From NCBI GenBank assembly GCA_951406725.2, contig OX597831.1, positions 38,936,001-39,000,000 of the forward strand: DNA of 64,000 nt, read 5' to 3'. Positions 12,661-25,410 of the stretch are shown here, in pieces. How positions within the stretch are numbered: position 1 is the first letter of the stretch; the number at the start of each line of letters is the position of its first letter. The notes under the pieces are model-generated. The model was not told the origin of the DNA and searched no databases. It worked only from the letters and a program-made list of their open reading frames with translations. This DNA comes from Octopus vulgaris (Eukaryota). A program made the translations under genes and the position numbers.

Positions 12661-13150
12661 TACTGTTTTAGTCGCTTCAGCTATGCGGCCGTGGTCATGC
12701 TGGAGCACCACCATGGGCTTTCTGACGTCCTCAGTCTGGGTGTTTCACATCACTCATATGCCTTTGTTCCAGCTGTTGGTACCTGTGGTGTAAAAATAGA
12801 GTTTGATTCCGCTGCCCTCGTCTGTACCTCATGTCGGGCTGTTGGCTCATCCGGTATTGAGCTGGCTGAATCGTTAGCACGCCAGGCAAAATGCTTAGCG
12901 GTATTTCGTCTGCCGTTACGTTCTGAGTTCAAAATTCCGCCGTGGTCGACTTTGCCTTTCATCCTTTCGGGGTCGATTGAATAAGTACCAGTTACGCACT
13001 GGTGTCAATATAATCGAGTTAATCCGTTTGTCTGTCCTTGTTTATCCCCTATGTGTGTAGCCCCTTGTGGGCAGTAAAGAAATGGGTATTGTGTAGAGGA
13101 GGATGTCTAGTTTCTTTTTGAAGACATCTACTTCCACCTTATGAAATAAA
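12661..13150 (-). mobile_element. 3' end of a LINE related to 1-1270, split by a SINE
   Basis: Joining across the SINE gives [34 protein letters not shown], versus TDVFKMELDLFLSGVPDEPTSRQEGQMRAAASNS at 1040-1150. The same GGTGCTCCAGCATGACCAC..GCTGAA tail follows. Confidence 0.85.
12860..13084 (+). mobile_element. SINE family A (long tail), 7-bp TSD GGTATTG
   Basis: GTCGACTTTGCCTTTCATCCTTTCGGGGTCGAT core, which resembles the Meta-SINE domain; TSD at 12853-12859 and 13085-13091. Confidence 0.9.
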
Positions 13151-13667
13151 TTGTTGAGGTGGTAGCGTTGGTGTTGACGTCAGAGTCTTTGTTGTCGGTA
13201 ATGATGAATGGTCTGGCGACCTTGGTTTTGTTGTTGTTGTTGTTGCTGTTGTTGCTGTTGTTCTTGTTGGGGGGAGTGTCAGTAGCAGAGGAAGCAGTTG
13301 TAGTAGCAGCAGAGGCTGCCGTGGTGGTAGTGTCGGTGTTGACGGCGGAGACATTGGTGGAGGTGACGGTGAATGGCCTTGTGACCTTGGCTTTGTTGTT
13401 GTTGCTGTTGTTGATGCTGATGGTGGTGGTGGTGGTATACTGCTCTTTTGTTTCTGCAGCCTCGTTGGCATCACGCCTGACTTGCGCGCTGGCCTCGTGG
13501 TGACCGCTGACCATTTTTGAAAATTAATATGACTAAAATCAAGCCACTAAGTCTTTCAGAATTTTTTAAATTTTCCCCACAAAGCGGCGAAATTTTGTGT
13601 GGATGTTATTCAAGGTTTGGATTGGATGTTATTGCATAACTTTTAGACACAAAATGTTCGACAAAAG

Positions 13668-13705
13668 TAGATAGACAGATAGGTAGATAGATAGATAGAT
13701 AGATG

Positions 13706-13764
<59 letters not shown>

Positions 13765-13845
13765 GGACAGATGGACAGATGGATAGACAGAGAGACAGAC
13801 AGACAGATAGATAGAGAGATAGACAGACAGACAGAAAGATAGATA
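13668..13845. repeat. (TAGA/CAGA)n microsatellite
   Basis: Direct reading. Confidence 0.95.
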
Positions 13846-14449
13846 TTCTCACATACAGCCTGTCAAACAGACAGACAGACAGTTAGTTAGATATGATGGA
13901 TGTAACCCTCAATAAGATGTTCGTTCTTGGATAGATTAGCAGAAAATTTGATTGATATATATATAATTCGTTCAGCAGACATTTAATTCAATAATTAAAT
14001 AGTCAGCTTTGAAAATAGTTAAGCCGGTGTTGGACAGTTAGTTAAATAGGAAGAATGATTAGGAACCAAGTGGTTTTAATTGATTCATACTTAAGATAAA
14101 AAGAAAAGACATACATTATTAATATCACATATTTAATGTATGTGTAAAGTTAAACCCTATTAGCTGAGGGTATTTCGTCTAAAGGAGGACTGCTTAAAGA
14201 CGTATGGGGTTGAAAAATAGTGTAGTATACTTCAAACTAGGCGAAACGAAATTTTCTAGGAAGTGAACGAGAACCACAGTTATCGTTATTTCACCTTTTT
14301 GGGGCTCAACAGTATAATGTACTTTCCCCACTCCCCACTCCCCAAACAAATTCAAAATACCTACTAGAAGTAGAATTATATAGCTCCTAGAATTATATTA
14401 TATATAGCTGCTAGAATTATATATATCAATCAAACTCTCTGCTAATCTA

Positions 14450-14630
14450 TCTAATGGTTAGAACAGTGAACTTGCGGTCGTAGGATCGCGGTTTCGATTC
14501 CCAGACGGGCAGTTGTGAGTGTATATTGAGCAAAAACAGCTAAAGATCCACGAGGCTCCGGCAGGGGGTGGTGGTGATCCCTGCTGTACTCTTTCACCAC
14601 AACTTTTTTCTTACTCTTTCTTCTGTTGGC
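14450..14630 (+). mobile_element. SINE family C, head and core fragment
   Basis: GGTTTCGATTCCCAGAC B-box and CTGCTGTACTCTTTCACCACAACTTT core. Confidence 0.8.
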
Positions 14631-14774
14631 CTCGATAAGATGTGAAACAGCTACATTAAGAAGAAGAATATCTACTTAAAGAAACAAAATGACATGTATA
14701 GAAAGAGAATAATATAAACAAACCACACAAGGACAAAATGGAATGAGCAGGACAAGAGAAGAGACATGTAGTAG

Positions 14775-14819
14775 AGTCACTGATGAGGTCACAGAATGTG
14801 TGACGAAAGAACATTGATT
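14775..14819 (+). ncRNA. Degenerate hammerhead motif
   Basis: AGTCA-CTGATGA-G-GTCACA(gaatg)TGTGAC-GAAA-gaacat-TGATT. Stems I and II are good; stem III and the UH site are defective. Confidence 0.5.
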
Positions 14820-14959
14820 GAAGTATAAAATAAAAACGATAAAAATAAAGATTAAAATGAAGATCGAATATATAGTGAGCGAGTTTAAATATCAAAAGAA
14901 AATTGACCATCCCCAAGTATAAGAAAAGAAATAATGTTTAAGCAGGATAAATAATGTAT

Positions 14960-15370
14960 AGGCGCAAGAGTAGCTGTGTGGTAAGTAGCTTGTTTACTAA
15001 TCACATGGTTCTGGGTTCAGTCCCACTGCGTGGCACCTTGGGCAAGTGTCTTCTACTCTAGCCTCGGCCCGACCAAAGCCATGTGAGTGAATTTGGAAGA
15101 CGGAAACTGAAAGAAGCCCGTCGTGTATATGTATATATATATATATATATGTCTCTGTGCGTGTTTGTGTGTCTGTGTTTGTCCCCCCAACATCGCTTGA
15201 CAACCGATGCTAGTGTGTTTACGTCCCCATAACTTAGCGGTTCTGCCAAAGTGACCGATAGAATAAGTACTAGGCTTACAATGAATAAGTCATACGGTCG
15301 ATTTGCTTGACTAAAAGTAGGCGGTACTCCAGCATGGCTGCAGTCAAATGACTGAAACAAGCAAAACAAA
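14960..15370 (+). mobile_element. SINE family B, full length
   Basis: Collinear with the other B copies. Confidence 0.9.
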
Positions 15371-15996
15371 TATAATTACACGTGATAAAATCTAAAAGCA
15401 AGCGAATTGGGTATTGAGCAAAATATCAATTTGTAATTTGACCAACAAGAGATGGTAGCAAAATCTCACTCATATCAAACGCCCCTTAGTGTGTCTAAGA
15501 ATAAGAACCAGAATGTGGTTCTACATTTCACCAGAACTAAAAGATGAGATGCTGTATATAGGACTGCTCGAGAAGTGTTGACGTAGCGATTACCATGGAC
15601 GACGAAAAGACATTCTGTTTTTCACCATCCTCCTCCTCCTAATCATAACTATTATCATCATTATCGTTATTATCAGTAGCAGCACCACCAATATCTCTAT
15701 CATCATAATCATCAGCATCGAAGTCACATTCACAATCATCAACGTCATCGTTGCCGTAGTCAACGCTGTTATCGTCATCATTGTCCCTATCGTTGTCGTC
15801 ATCGTCATCATCCTTCTCGTTATCATAATCTTCATCGTCACCGTGGTCGCCGTCACGTAGTTGCCGTCGTCGTTGTCGTGGCCATCGTCGACGTCATCTT
15901 CGTTGTCGACATCATTTTTCGTCTTCGGCGTCATCATTGTCATGGTTTTCATCGCCATCGGTTTAAACCTCGTCGTAACCATCATTATCGTTAGCT

Positions 15997-16871
15997 CGCG
16001 CAATGGCCAAGTGGTCAGGGTAGAGGAGTCGCGGTCGTAAGAACGCGGTTTCGATTCCCAGACCGGGCATTGTGAGTGCTTATTGAGCAAAAGCACCTAA
16101 GGTCCACGAGGGTCCGGCGGGGTAGGTGGGGGTGAACCTCGCTGTCCCCTTTCGTAAGAACGCGGTTTCGATTCCCAGACCGAGCATTGTGAGTGTTTAT
16201 TGAGCAAAAGCACCAAAGGTCCACGAGGGTCCGGCGGGAGGTGGGGGTGAACCCCGCTGTTCCCTTTCGTAAGAACGCGGTTTCGATTCCCAGACCGAGC
16301 ATTGTGAGTGTTAATTGAGCAAAAGCACCTAAGGTCCACGAGGGTCCGGCGGGGGTGGGGTGAACCCCGCTGTTCCCTTTCGTAAGAACACGGTTTCGAT
16401 TCCCAGACCGGTCATTCTGAGTGTTTATTGAGCAAAATCACCTAAGCTCCACGGGGCTCCGGCGGGGGGGAGCAGGTGAACTCCGCTGTACTCTTTCATC
16501 ACAACTTTCTCTCACTCTTTATTTCTACTTCTGTCACAAAGCAGAGTAATAATGGTGTAACCCACTGAGGTGTGGTAAACTTTCAGACCCGAGTCTAGAT
16601 TGCGAACCCTCTGTACCCTAGCATGGTTCAGCTCTCCACCCGTTAAAAGTGACAGTTTTCGGAATGAGGATAACAACGTAGCCTTCGCGCCCGTGCAACA
16701 ACCAGTCTATCGCGTGTGGTGGGTGGATCTTCAAGTTGCCACACGCATTCTAAGTAGCTTAGAGAAGGCTCGAATTAGAGATTACTCTTTGTGGCTAATG
16801 ACGTGAGTCCTGATTGGAAGAAGAAGAAGAAGAAGAAGAAGAAGAAGAAGAAGAAGAAGAAGAAGAAGAAG
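15997..16871 (+). mobile_element. SINE family C with four tandem internal units, an approximately 290-bp tail and a (GAA)n end
   Basis: Units of about 115 bp start at 16036, 16153, 16268 and 16381. The tail 16525-16816 matches the reverse complement of 27210-27490. Confidence 0.85.
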
Positions 16872-17481
16872 CACGATCATAATCATCATCATCATCGGCA
16901 TCATCATAACGATGAAGGTGATGCCGAGGAAAGGAAGAAGACCATCAGTATGACCATCAATATCGTGGTCCTCTCCTTCATCCTTTATTATCACGATTAT
17001 CATCCTCACCGTGATCCTCACGGTCAACGCAGCCATAATCTTCTACACCATCCGGCCGGATCGCCACTACTTTCGAAGCATAATCTGTATCATCGTCGTA
17101 CATTGGTTACTGAGAGAAGAATAATATCAGACGTAGAAACCACAGAGTTTTAGCAAAAAAAAAAAATCATATCTAATATTTGCTTACATCATATTATGGA
17201 GAAGGGAAGAAAATGCACCGAGAGAAAGAGCGACGGAATTTACTGATATGAAATGTCAGTAAGTATGTATTTACGATAGAAGAGTATTTATATTGGGTGA
17301 ATGAAAACCATTTATCATATAAATGTAGAAAATGGATACGCGCGCGTGTGAGCGTATATGTATTTATATATATATATGTAGGTATATCTTTATATATATA
17401 CATATTTGTATTCGTATATAAATGTATTTACAAATATACGTGTTTATATATATATACACATGTATACATATATATGTTTTT

Positions 17482-17524
<43 letters not shown>

Positions 17525-17794
17525 GTTTATATATATATATGTATTTATATATACATATAAATATATATGTATATATTTATATATCTATGTATGTATGTAT
17601 GTATTTATATATGTATGTATATATTAGCTTAATATAATTGTGTGGTGGAATGGAGGAAGCATTAATTCATATCAAACATTAACAGACTAATTTTCTGATC
17701 AAGTTAATCAATCAACGAACATATGTGTGTGTGTATGCGTGTATATAGCTATGTGTATGCCATATATATCAATATATGTATAAATATATCACTG

Positions 17795-17861
<67 letters not shown>

Positions 17862-18747
17862 GTATCTATGTTTATATATATATATATATGTATGTATTTA
17901 CACATATCATATAAATGCATACATATATACATGCATGCTTATATACATATGTGTATCAATTAGTATATGTATAGCTATGTATATGTATCTGTGTATATCT
18001 ATGTACACCACGTCGTACATACCTACATGTATACATATACACATAAATATATACTCACAACATCCCTCTCTCTCTCTCCCCACACACACACGTACACACA
18101 TGCTCGTACACACAAATACACGTCGTTGTATATACATCAGCATCATCAGCATCATCATCTTCATCGTCATCCTCTTTTAGCAAAGATGGAAGATGGAAGA
18201 GAGAAAAATTAATGTCTAAAATATATTTTCCGGACACATATATACTGTAATTATTCAAATAATTATGTGTCCACTACGAAAGTTCTCTTTTATGGCGATA
18301 ACGATTAATTCGTGTAAACGTAAGTTATAATTCCAAATTTCCTATTTGAACTGACTTCTAATCGAATATAATGATCATAAGAATTATTACGACTAAAAGT
18401 TATTTAAGTTTATAAAGAAAAAAAAATTCAGCGTGGATACGATATAAAAACAAAAGAAAACAAACACCGTAAGGTAAGTAGGGTACGTGTCATGGAAATT
18501 ATATGAAATTTATGATATAATGTGTACGAATGTGTGGTGCGTGTGTGTGTAAGTATTTGTATTGTGCGTCTATTGAACTTTAGCGTCGTTCCGTTACGAG
18601 ATTATTTCCGGTGCGGGTATTTATTATACCTTTAGCTAACATATATTTGTATACTTTCGAAGAATTTATACACATATATACGTATTTATTATATAGTCTT
18701 CTGTGTATGCGCCTTCACTTTTATCTATTAATATTCTTAGAAAATTG

Positions 18748-19170
18748 TGGGTGAGCTCGCAAAATCGTTAGCACACCGGGGGAAATTCATAGCAGTATTT
18801 CGTCTGTCTTTACGTTCTGAGTTCGAGTTCCACCGAGGTAATCTTTGCCTTTCATCCTTTCGGGGTCGATAGATTAAGTACCAGTTGCGTACTGGGATCG
18901 ATCTAATCGACTGGAGCCCACGCCCAAAATTTCCGGCATTGTGCCTAGAGTAGGAAAGAATATTCTTCTTAGAGAAACGGGGGCGAGCTGGCAGAATCGT
19001 TAGCAAGCCGAACAAAATGCCTAGCTGTATTTGTTTCGGCTTTGCATTCCGAATACCGCCTGGGTAGAATTTCCTTTCATCCTTTCAGGGTAGATAAAGT
19101 AAGTAGCGGTTGATTACTGGGGGTCGATGTAATCAAATTGCAGGGCCTGTGGCAAAGTTTGATACCAATA
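18748..19170 (+). mobile_element. Two tandem SINE family A copies (short tail)
   Basis: Head GAGCTGGCAGAATCGTTAGC, core, and tail CAAAATTTC.GGC.TTGTGCCTAGAGTAG. Confidence 0.8.
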
Positions 19171-19240
19171 GTCTTCCTAGAAAGAGAAAGCCTTCTGCTA
19201 ACAAAAAAGAAAACAGTTCCTTCCTTGGAATCATATACAT

Positions 19241-19417
19241 AGGCGTAGGAGTAACTGTGTAGTAAATAGCTTGTTTACCAACCACATGGTTCCGGGTTCA
19301 ATCCCACAGCGTAGAACCTTGGGCAAGTGTCTCCTACTATAGCCTCGGGCCACCCAAGCCTTATGAGTGGATTTGGTAGGAGGAAACTGAAAGAAACCCG
19401 TGGTATGTATGTATATG

Positions 19418-19461
<44 letters not shown>

Positions 19462-19668
19462 TGTGTCTGTGCTCGTCACCCTCAACATCGCTTGACAACC
19501 GATTCTGGTGTGATAACGTCTCCGTAATTTAGCGGTTCGACAAAAGAGACCGATAGAATAAGTACTATGCTTACAAAGAATATTTCCTGGGGTCGATTTG
19601 CTCGACTAAAGGGCGGTGCTCCAGCATGGCCGCAGTTAAATGACTGAAACAAGTAAAAGAGTAAAAAG
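19241..19668 (+). mobile_element. SINE family B, full length
   Basis: Collinear with the other B copies. Confidence 0.9.
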
Positions 19669-19699
19669 TGTAATATATCAGAGGTACGCGTGTGGGGAG

Positions 19700-19990
19700 T
19701 GGAAGGTGCATGGTTTTATTGGTTGAGGTGTCCCACTCACGGGTTTCGATTCCCAGACCCGGCGTTGCGTTGTGTTCTTGAACGAATTACTTCATTTCAC
19801 GTTGCTCTGCAATCATTTCGACATCTGACATGTGGCACCTAGTTGCACCTGAACAGGTAATGTCGATCTGATGGAAGGAGTGTGCTTATGTCTACAACAA
19901 CATCTGATCACTATAAACAAATCATCTGTGTGGTTGTTCAGTAAGAAATTGTCGAACCCTTATTCACTGTTTAACGCCGGAAGAGTCCAA
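19700..19990 (+). mobile_element. SINE family D (C-like head, CATTTCACGTTGCTC core)
   Basis: GGTTTCGATTCCCAGACC B-box; the core is shared with 39869, 47825 and 56645. Confidence 0.7.
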
Positions 19991-20292
19991 CATATATATA
20001 TATATATATGTATGTGTTTGTCTCCCCTTCGTAAATGTATATAAGGACACAGGGGAAAATGAGTCAAAGCCATCAGGAGGCGTTCGATGCTTCCTAGGGC
20101 TATACAGCGGTGGTGTACCCCCCTACTGTCACGTTCGTGTTAGATTGACAGTATACAACCATTCTATCGCCCCACCACCGTACATGTCTCTACGAGAGAT
20201 TTAGAAATTCAGTATTTCTTATATATATATGTATATATATATATATATATATACATACATAACTACATACATACATACTTACATACACACAT

Positions 20293-20331
<39 letters not shown>

Positions 20332-20334
20332 CAT

Positions 20335-20660
20335 GGAAAGAAATAAGATCACAATTTCTTTTCAGACCAGGGCAAAAGAGGAAAATTAAATCCAACTTGA
20401 CTTGCGTATCAGAATCAGATGTAATCAGATGCTCGGGCTGCCTTAAAAATCTACATAGGGTCGAGAGGAATGTCGGTCAGGCGGCGATGTACAGTCCACA
20501 GACAACAGATATTTCCCCTCAGCATTGCCAGATATGTCTCAGGGAACACACTGACAGATGTACAGAACAACTTGAACTACAATTTCTAATCTTCCCATTA
20601 TATCAATTTGCTATTTGGACCTCAACGCAAGTTCGACTAAATAAAGAGGCCTCACCATTC
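20335..20660 (+). pseudogene. Penelope-like element GIY-YIG endonuclease remnant
   Basis: KIKSNLTCVS..VIRCSGC, frameshift, YIGSRGMSVRRRCTVHRQQI, frameshift, EHTDRC..QFLIFPLY..RLNKE. This shows the CxxC between the GIY and YIG halves, RxxxH and the catalytic E. Confidence 0.8.
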
Positions 20661-21574
20661 CCTGCACTCTTCTGAATTGTAGCACTTGGTAAAGGGGAAG
20701 GGGGTTGAGAAACCTCAACTCCTACCCTTCCAACCTCCCCTCTCCCGACCATCCCCATCACTTTCCTATTACTCAACCTCCATGGTATTCTTTCGTTACC
20801 TCGAGAGAAGAAATTGAAAGAGAGAAGAAAGTGATAAAGCCGACATTTGCATTGAAGTGAGAGGAGAAAGAGAAAGATGGACGTATGTCTATGAGAGAGA
20901 TTGAGTGAAGGCGTGTTATTGTGTATGTGTAAGTGGCACTCACTCTCTCTCAGACACACACACACGCACATACATACAAAAAAGATACAATATGTATTTA
21001 TGTATGTAAGTGTATATGAAAGATGTGTGCGTGTGTATGTGAGATAGAGTGAATGCTACTTACGTATACACGACAACACACACCTTTACTCTCTCTCTCT
21101 CTCTTTCTCTTTTTCTCTCTCTCTCATACCCACACACACTTCCATTTCACATACACGGACATATATCTTTCACATTCTCCTTTCTTTCACTTTCTGTTCT
21201 CATATCAAAGCAAATATCGCCTTCGAAAGAGAGTAAAGAAATAAAACAAAATTACAGAAATTCACGAACAATGATATGATACCGTATGATCGTGTTTGAC
21301 AACTATGCTGTTTGTAAGGAAGGGATACCTCTTCCATTAAGGTCTAAGGGTTGCGCATATACATATCAGGCATTGGAGAGGATTACAGATGGTGTCATGC
21401 ACCCAACATGGGCCAAGCTAACTTAATTTCTCCTGCAAAAGAGACGATGGCATTTTCTCTCTTTTTCAATATTTAATTAAAAGAGAGAATATGTTGTTAC
21501 CAAAAACGTTAAAACTTTACTAACTTGATCGATCTGTCACTGAACCAGAATTTTAATTTCATTTGATACACACT

Positions 21575-22344
21575 TTCCTGTCATTTATATGGATAACTGC
21601 AACAGCAACACAAGCTACCCTGCCGTGAGATGGTACCAACTGTCAATGATCTCAAATGCATGTATTTTCAAACATTGCACAAAACTTCAGCAACAGTTAA
21701 TGGCTATGCGAGCAAGTCATCTTAGCTTCACGTAATGATGCTGCCGACAAAATCAATTAGGATGTCTTGCAGTTGTTGCCAAGAAAAGAACAGTCTTCAA
21801 ATCTATTGACACTATCATTGATCAGGACCAAGTTGTAATTTTTTTCAACTGAGTTCCTGAACTCTCTACAGCCATCTGGGATGCCACCACACAACTTAAC
21901 ACTTCCTGCTGCTCAAGAATTTGGATCCACCTCGCCTCTGCAATGGCACCTGACTGGTGGCAGCAATTATCACAGGGAAATCTGACCTCCCCTTTCAATT
22001 TAAACGGTTCCACTTCCCAGGGAAACTTAGTTTTGCTATGTCGATAAACAAATCTCAAGGGCAATCTCTCAAAGTTGTTGGACTTAACTTTGCTTCTCTT
22101 TACTTCCCTCATGAGCAATTATATAAAGGATATTCGCCAGTTGGAAGCCCCAAAACTCATTTTATTTGCACCCAAATTAAAGGACACATTGAATACATTG
22201 TATATTTAGAAGTTCTACAAAATTAAACTGTGATTGATATCAGGATTTGTTTCAATAACTGTTTATACTCACGACATCTGATAGAATTTTTCTGAAAGTA
22301 TATTTTTTATCTTTAAACTCTCGAGCAACGCCGGGTACTTAGGT

Positions 22345-22350
<6 letters not shown>
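21575..22350 (+). mobile_element. Helitron 3' remnant: PIF1-type helicase pseudogene plus terminal hairpin
   Basis: WLCEQVILASRND, FKSID, EFLNSLQPSGMPPHNL, LLKNLDPPRLCNGT, DLPFQFKRFHFP..SFAMSINKSQGQSLKVVGL; hairpin CTCGAGCAACGCCGGG at about 22320-22336. Confidence 0.9.
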
Positions 22351-22400
<50 letters not shown>

Positions 22401-22436
22401 TGTGTACGTATGTAGGTAGGTAGGAAGTGACAAGTC

Positions 22437-22650
22437 TGTGAGCTGGCATAGTCGTTATCGCGCCGGAGAAAATGATTGGCACCATTTCTTCTGGCTTTAA
22501 GTTCTGATTTCAAATTCAACGGAGGACTACTCTGCTTTCCATCCTTTCGAAGTCGCTAGAAATAAGTACCAGTTTAGTACTGGGGCCGATATAATCGTCT
22601 AACCTCCTCGCTTAAAAATTCCAGGCCCAGCATATACAGGATAAAAGGTT
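22437..22650 (+). mobile_element. SINE family A, degenerate
   Basis: Head and CATCCTTTCG..AATAAGTACCAG core. Confidence 0.7.
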
Positions 22651-23443
22651 ATGTTATATTTGTACATGTCTGTATGTCGATGCTTTTTATGTACAAATTC
22701 ACATATAATACACATATATACAGAAAAAAAAATACAGCAAAAATAACACATGGCAATATTCTCAGAGAAACATAACCAAATAAACTAAATAATAATGAAT
22801 AATTTACAACAAATTTGATCAAATGGCGAAACTAATATTTACTATCGATAAAAACACAATATGCACAGAGGATGGACATTCATTTCACAATATCATTTCA
22901 AATAGGGTTGCGTAAATAAATAACATTAAACTACTTTCCTGAGTTTTATTAATGTTGGTCTTGAGTTAACAAAATTGTGATTCAATTGAAATCGGAGACC
23001 CTGATATTAGATCTAATTGCAAATAAACAAATAAAATGGTTAATGAAAGCCTTATATTTTATTATTATTCAATTATTTTTATTACAATTTTATTCTTTCT
23101 TTTTCTGATTTAATTATTATACTATTGTTAATGATAGTTAAAATGGCGCAGCTCAATAGCGAACGAGCTTAAATGTTATTTGTTTACTGAAATCAAATCC
23201 TCTATGGGTCTGATTTGACCTGCCAAATACGCTGATTCAAACGGATAGCAGAAAAACAAAATAATAAAACATAAGAACACATTCGCTTTTCATTGTATTT
23301 ACCTAAAATAATAAATTTGAAAAGAATCGAAAATAAATGTTGATAATGAGTCAATAAATTACAAAATTTAATTACAAAATTTGTCATGTATCATCTAGTT
23401 TGAAAGAAATTATAATCATTGCAGTCATTGCAATTAGTTTTTG

Positions 23444-23477
<34 letters not shown>

Positions 23478-23534
23478 TTTAATACTAAAACTGTGACTAA
23501 TTCTAGTTCTCTGATTATTATTTGGTTGTGTGGA

Positions 23535-23965
23535 AGGCGGTGACTTGGCAGAACCGTCAGCAAGCTGCGCAAAATGCTTAGTTGTATTTTGCGCGTCTTT
23601 ACGTTCTGAGCTCAAATTCCGCCGAGGTCAATATTACCTTTCATTCTTTCGGGGGTTGTTGGAATTCTACCAGGCAAATACCGGGGCCCATTTGACTTAC
23701 CCCCTCCTCCAGAAACTGCTGGCCTGTGCTAAAATTTGAATTCGTTATTAAGGTGGCGGGTTTGCAGACTTGTTAGGGCACAGAACAAAATACTTCACAT
23801 TTCCACTATCTTTACATGCTGAGTTCAAATTCCGCCAAAGTCGATTTTGTGTGTTATCGTTTCGGGGCTGATGGAATAAGTGCCAATGGAGCACTGGCTT
23901 CCATTTTATCGACTTACCCCTCCCACAAAATGTCCGGCCTTGTCCCTATAGTAGAAAGAATTATT
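23535..23965 (+). mobile_element. Two tandem degenerate SINE family A copies
   Basis: GTTCTGAG.TCAAATTCCGCC B-box and short tails. Confidence 0.75.
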
Positions 23966-23991
23966 GTTTTGTTATTATTATTATTATTATT

Positions 23992-24495
23992 CTATGTTTG
24001 ACTTTTGCTTTATATTTGTACAAGTTGGCTCCAAGTCTCACCCAGAGACCTCAAGAGACAACAGGGTTGGAAGCTCATGTTGTTGTTATGCCTAGTGTGC
24101 CATATATTTGGGGGGTGGGGATGTTGTACTAATGAATGTCTAAAAAAAAAAAAGGTTTTTTTTTTTTTTTTTTTTTAAACCGAAAATTATGTTTGTTTTA
24201 AACCTTGAGATTACATAGAGAGTATTTTGCGTAGGATATGAGCAGTTCCCATGAGCACTATCTTTTGAACTTCTGCCATTTTTGGGTTTCCTGGTATCTG
24301 AGTTAGGTAGCTATCAGCCCCTTTTGCTATCATTCCCAGGGCACCTATGACAACAGGTATTGTTTTAGTCTTCAGCTTCCACATTTTGCTGATTTCTATT
24401 TCAAGAAATAGATTTCTATTTGCTCAGTTTTTGGTAGGTCTTGACAGATACGTTTATATCGATTGGGACAGTCATATCAATGAGGAGGCATGTTC

Positions 24496-24496
<1 letters not shown>
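23992..24496 (-). mobile_element. 5'-truncated Dong/R4-clade retrotransposon (restriction-like endonuclease) inside a (TAA)n tract
   Basis: TCLLIDMTVPIDINVSVKTYQKLSK..LEIEISKMWKLKTKTIPVVIGALGMI..VQKIVLMGTAHILRKILSM* with the stop at 24211-24213; (TTA)n on both sides. Confidence 0.9.
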
Positions 24497-24563
<67 letters not shown>

Positions 24564-24574
24564 CATTAAAGCAA

Positions 24575-25410
24575 GGCGGCGGGCTGGCAAAATGGTAAGA
24601 AGGCTGGGTGAAATGTTTAGCGGTATTTCGTCTGCCGTAACGTTGTGAGTTCAAATTCCACCGAGGTCGACTTTGCCTTTCATCCTTTCGGGGTCGATAA
24701 GTTAAGTACCAGTTACGCACTGGGGTCGATGTAATCGACTTTATCCGTTTGTCTGTCCTTGTTTGTCCCCTCTATGTTGGTCCCCTTATGGGTGGTAAAG
24801 AAATAGGTATTGCGTCTGCAGTTACTTTCTGAGTTCAAATTCCGCCGAGGTCGACATTACCTTTAATCCTTTCGGGATCGATAAATTAAGTACCAGTTAC
24901 GCACTGTGGTCGATGTAATCGACTTAATCCCTTTGTCTGTCCTTGTTTGTCCCCTCTATGTTCAGCCCCTTGTAGGCAATAAAGAAATAAGAAACGTTAG
25001 GACGCCGGGCGAAATGCTTAGCGGTATTTCGTTTGCCGTTACGTTCTGAGTTCAAATTCCGCCGATGTCAACTTTGCCTTTCATCCTTCCGGGGTCGATT
25101 AAATAAGTACCAGTTACGCACTAGGGTCCATATAATCGACTTAATCTCTTTGTCTGCCCTTGTTTGTCCTCTCTGTGTTTAGCCCCTTGTGGGCAGTAAA
25201 GAAATAAGAAACGTTATGACGCCGGGCAAAATGCGAAGCGGTATTTCGTCTGACTTTATGTTCTGAGTTCAAATTCCGCCGAGGTCGGCATTGCCTCTTA
25301 TCCTTTTGGGGTCGAAAAATTGATTACTAGTTGCGTATTGGGGTCGATCTAACCGACTGTCCCCCCTCCCAAAAAGTTTCGGACCTTGTGCCTAGATTAG
25401 AAAAGAATAC
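24575..25410 (+). mobile_element. Concatemer of four SINE family A units
   Basis: Three long-tail units end AAAGAAATA at 24805, 24989 and 25206; a final unit has the short tail. Confidence 0.9.

Noticed and set aside
16036-16500. CRISPR-like regular array
   Set aside because: Whole units repeat with no unique spacers; they are SINE-derived and there are no cas genes.
16685-16810. HDV-like ribozyme in the SINE tail (GGCTAA after a stem)
   Set aside because: The spacing is incompatible with the P2-P3-P1 nested pseudoknot.
21957-22226. Host PIF1 helicase exon
   Set aside because: Stops and frameshifts, no introns, and a Helitron terminal hairpin follows.
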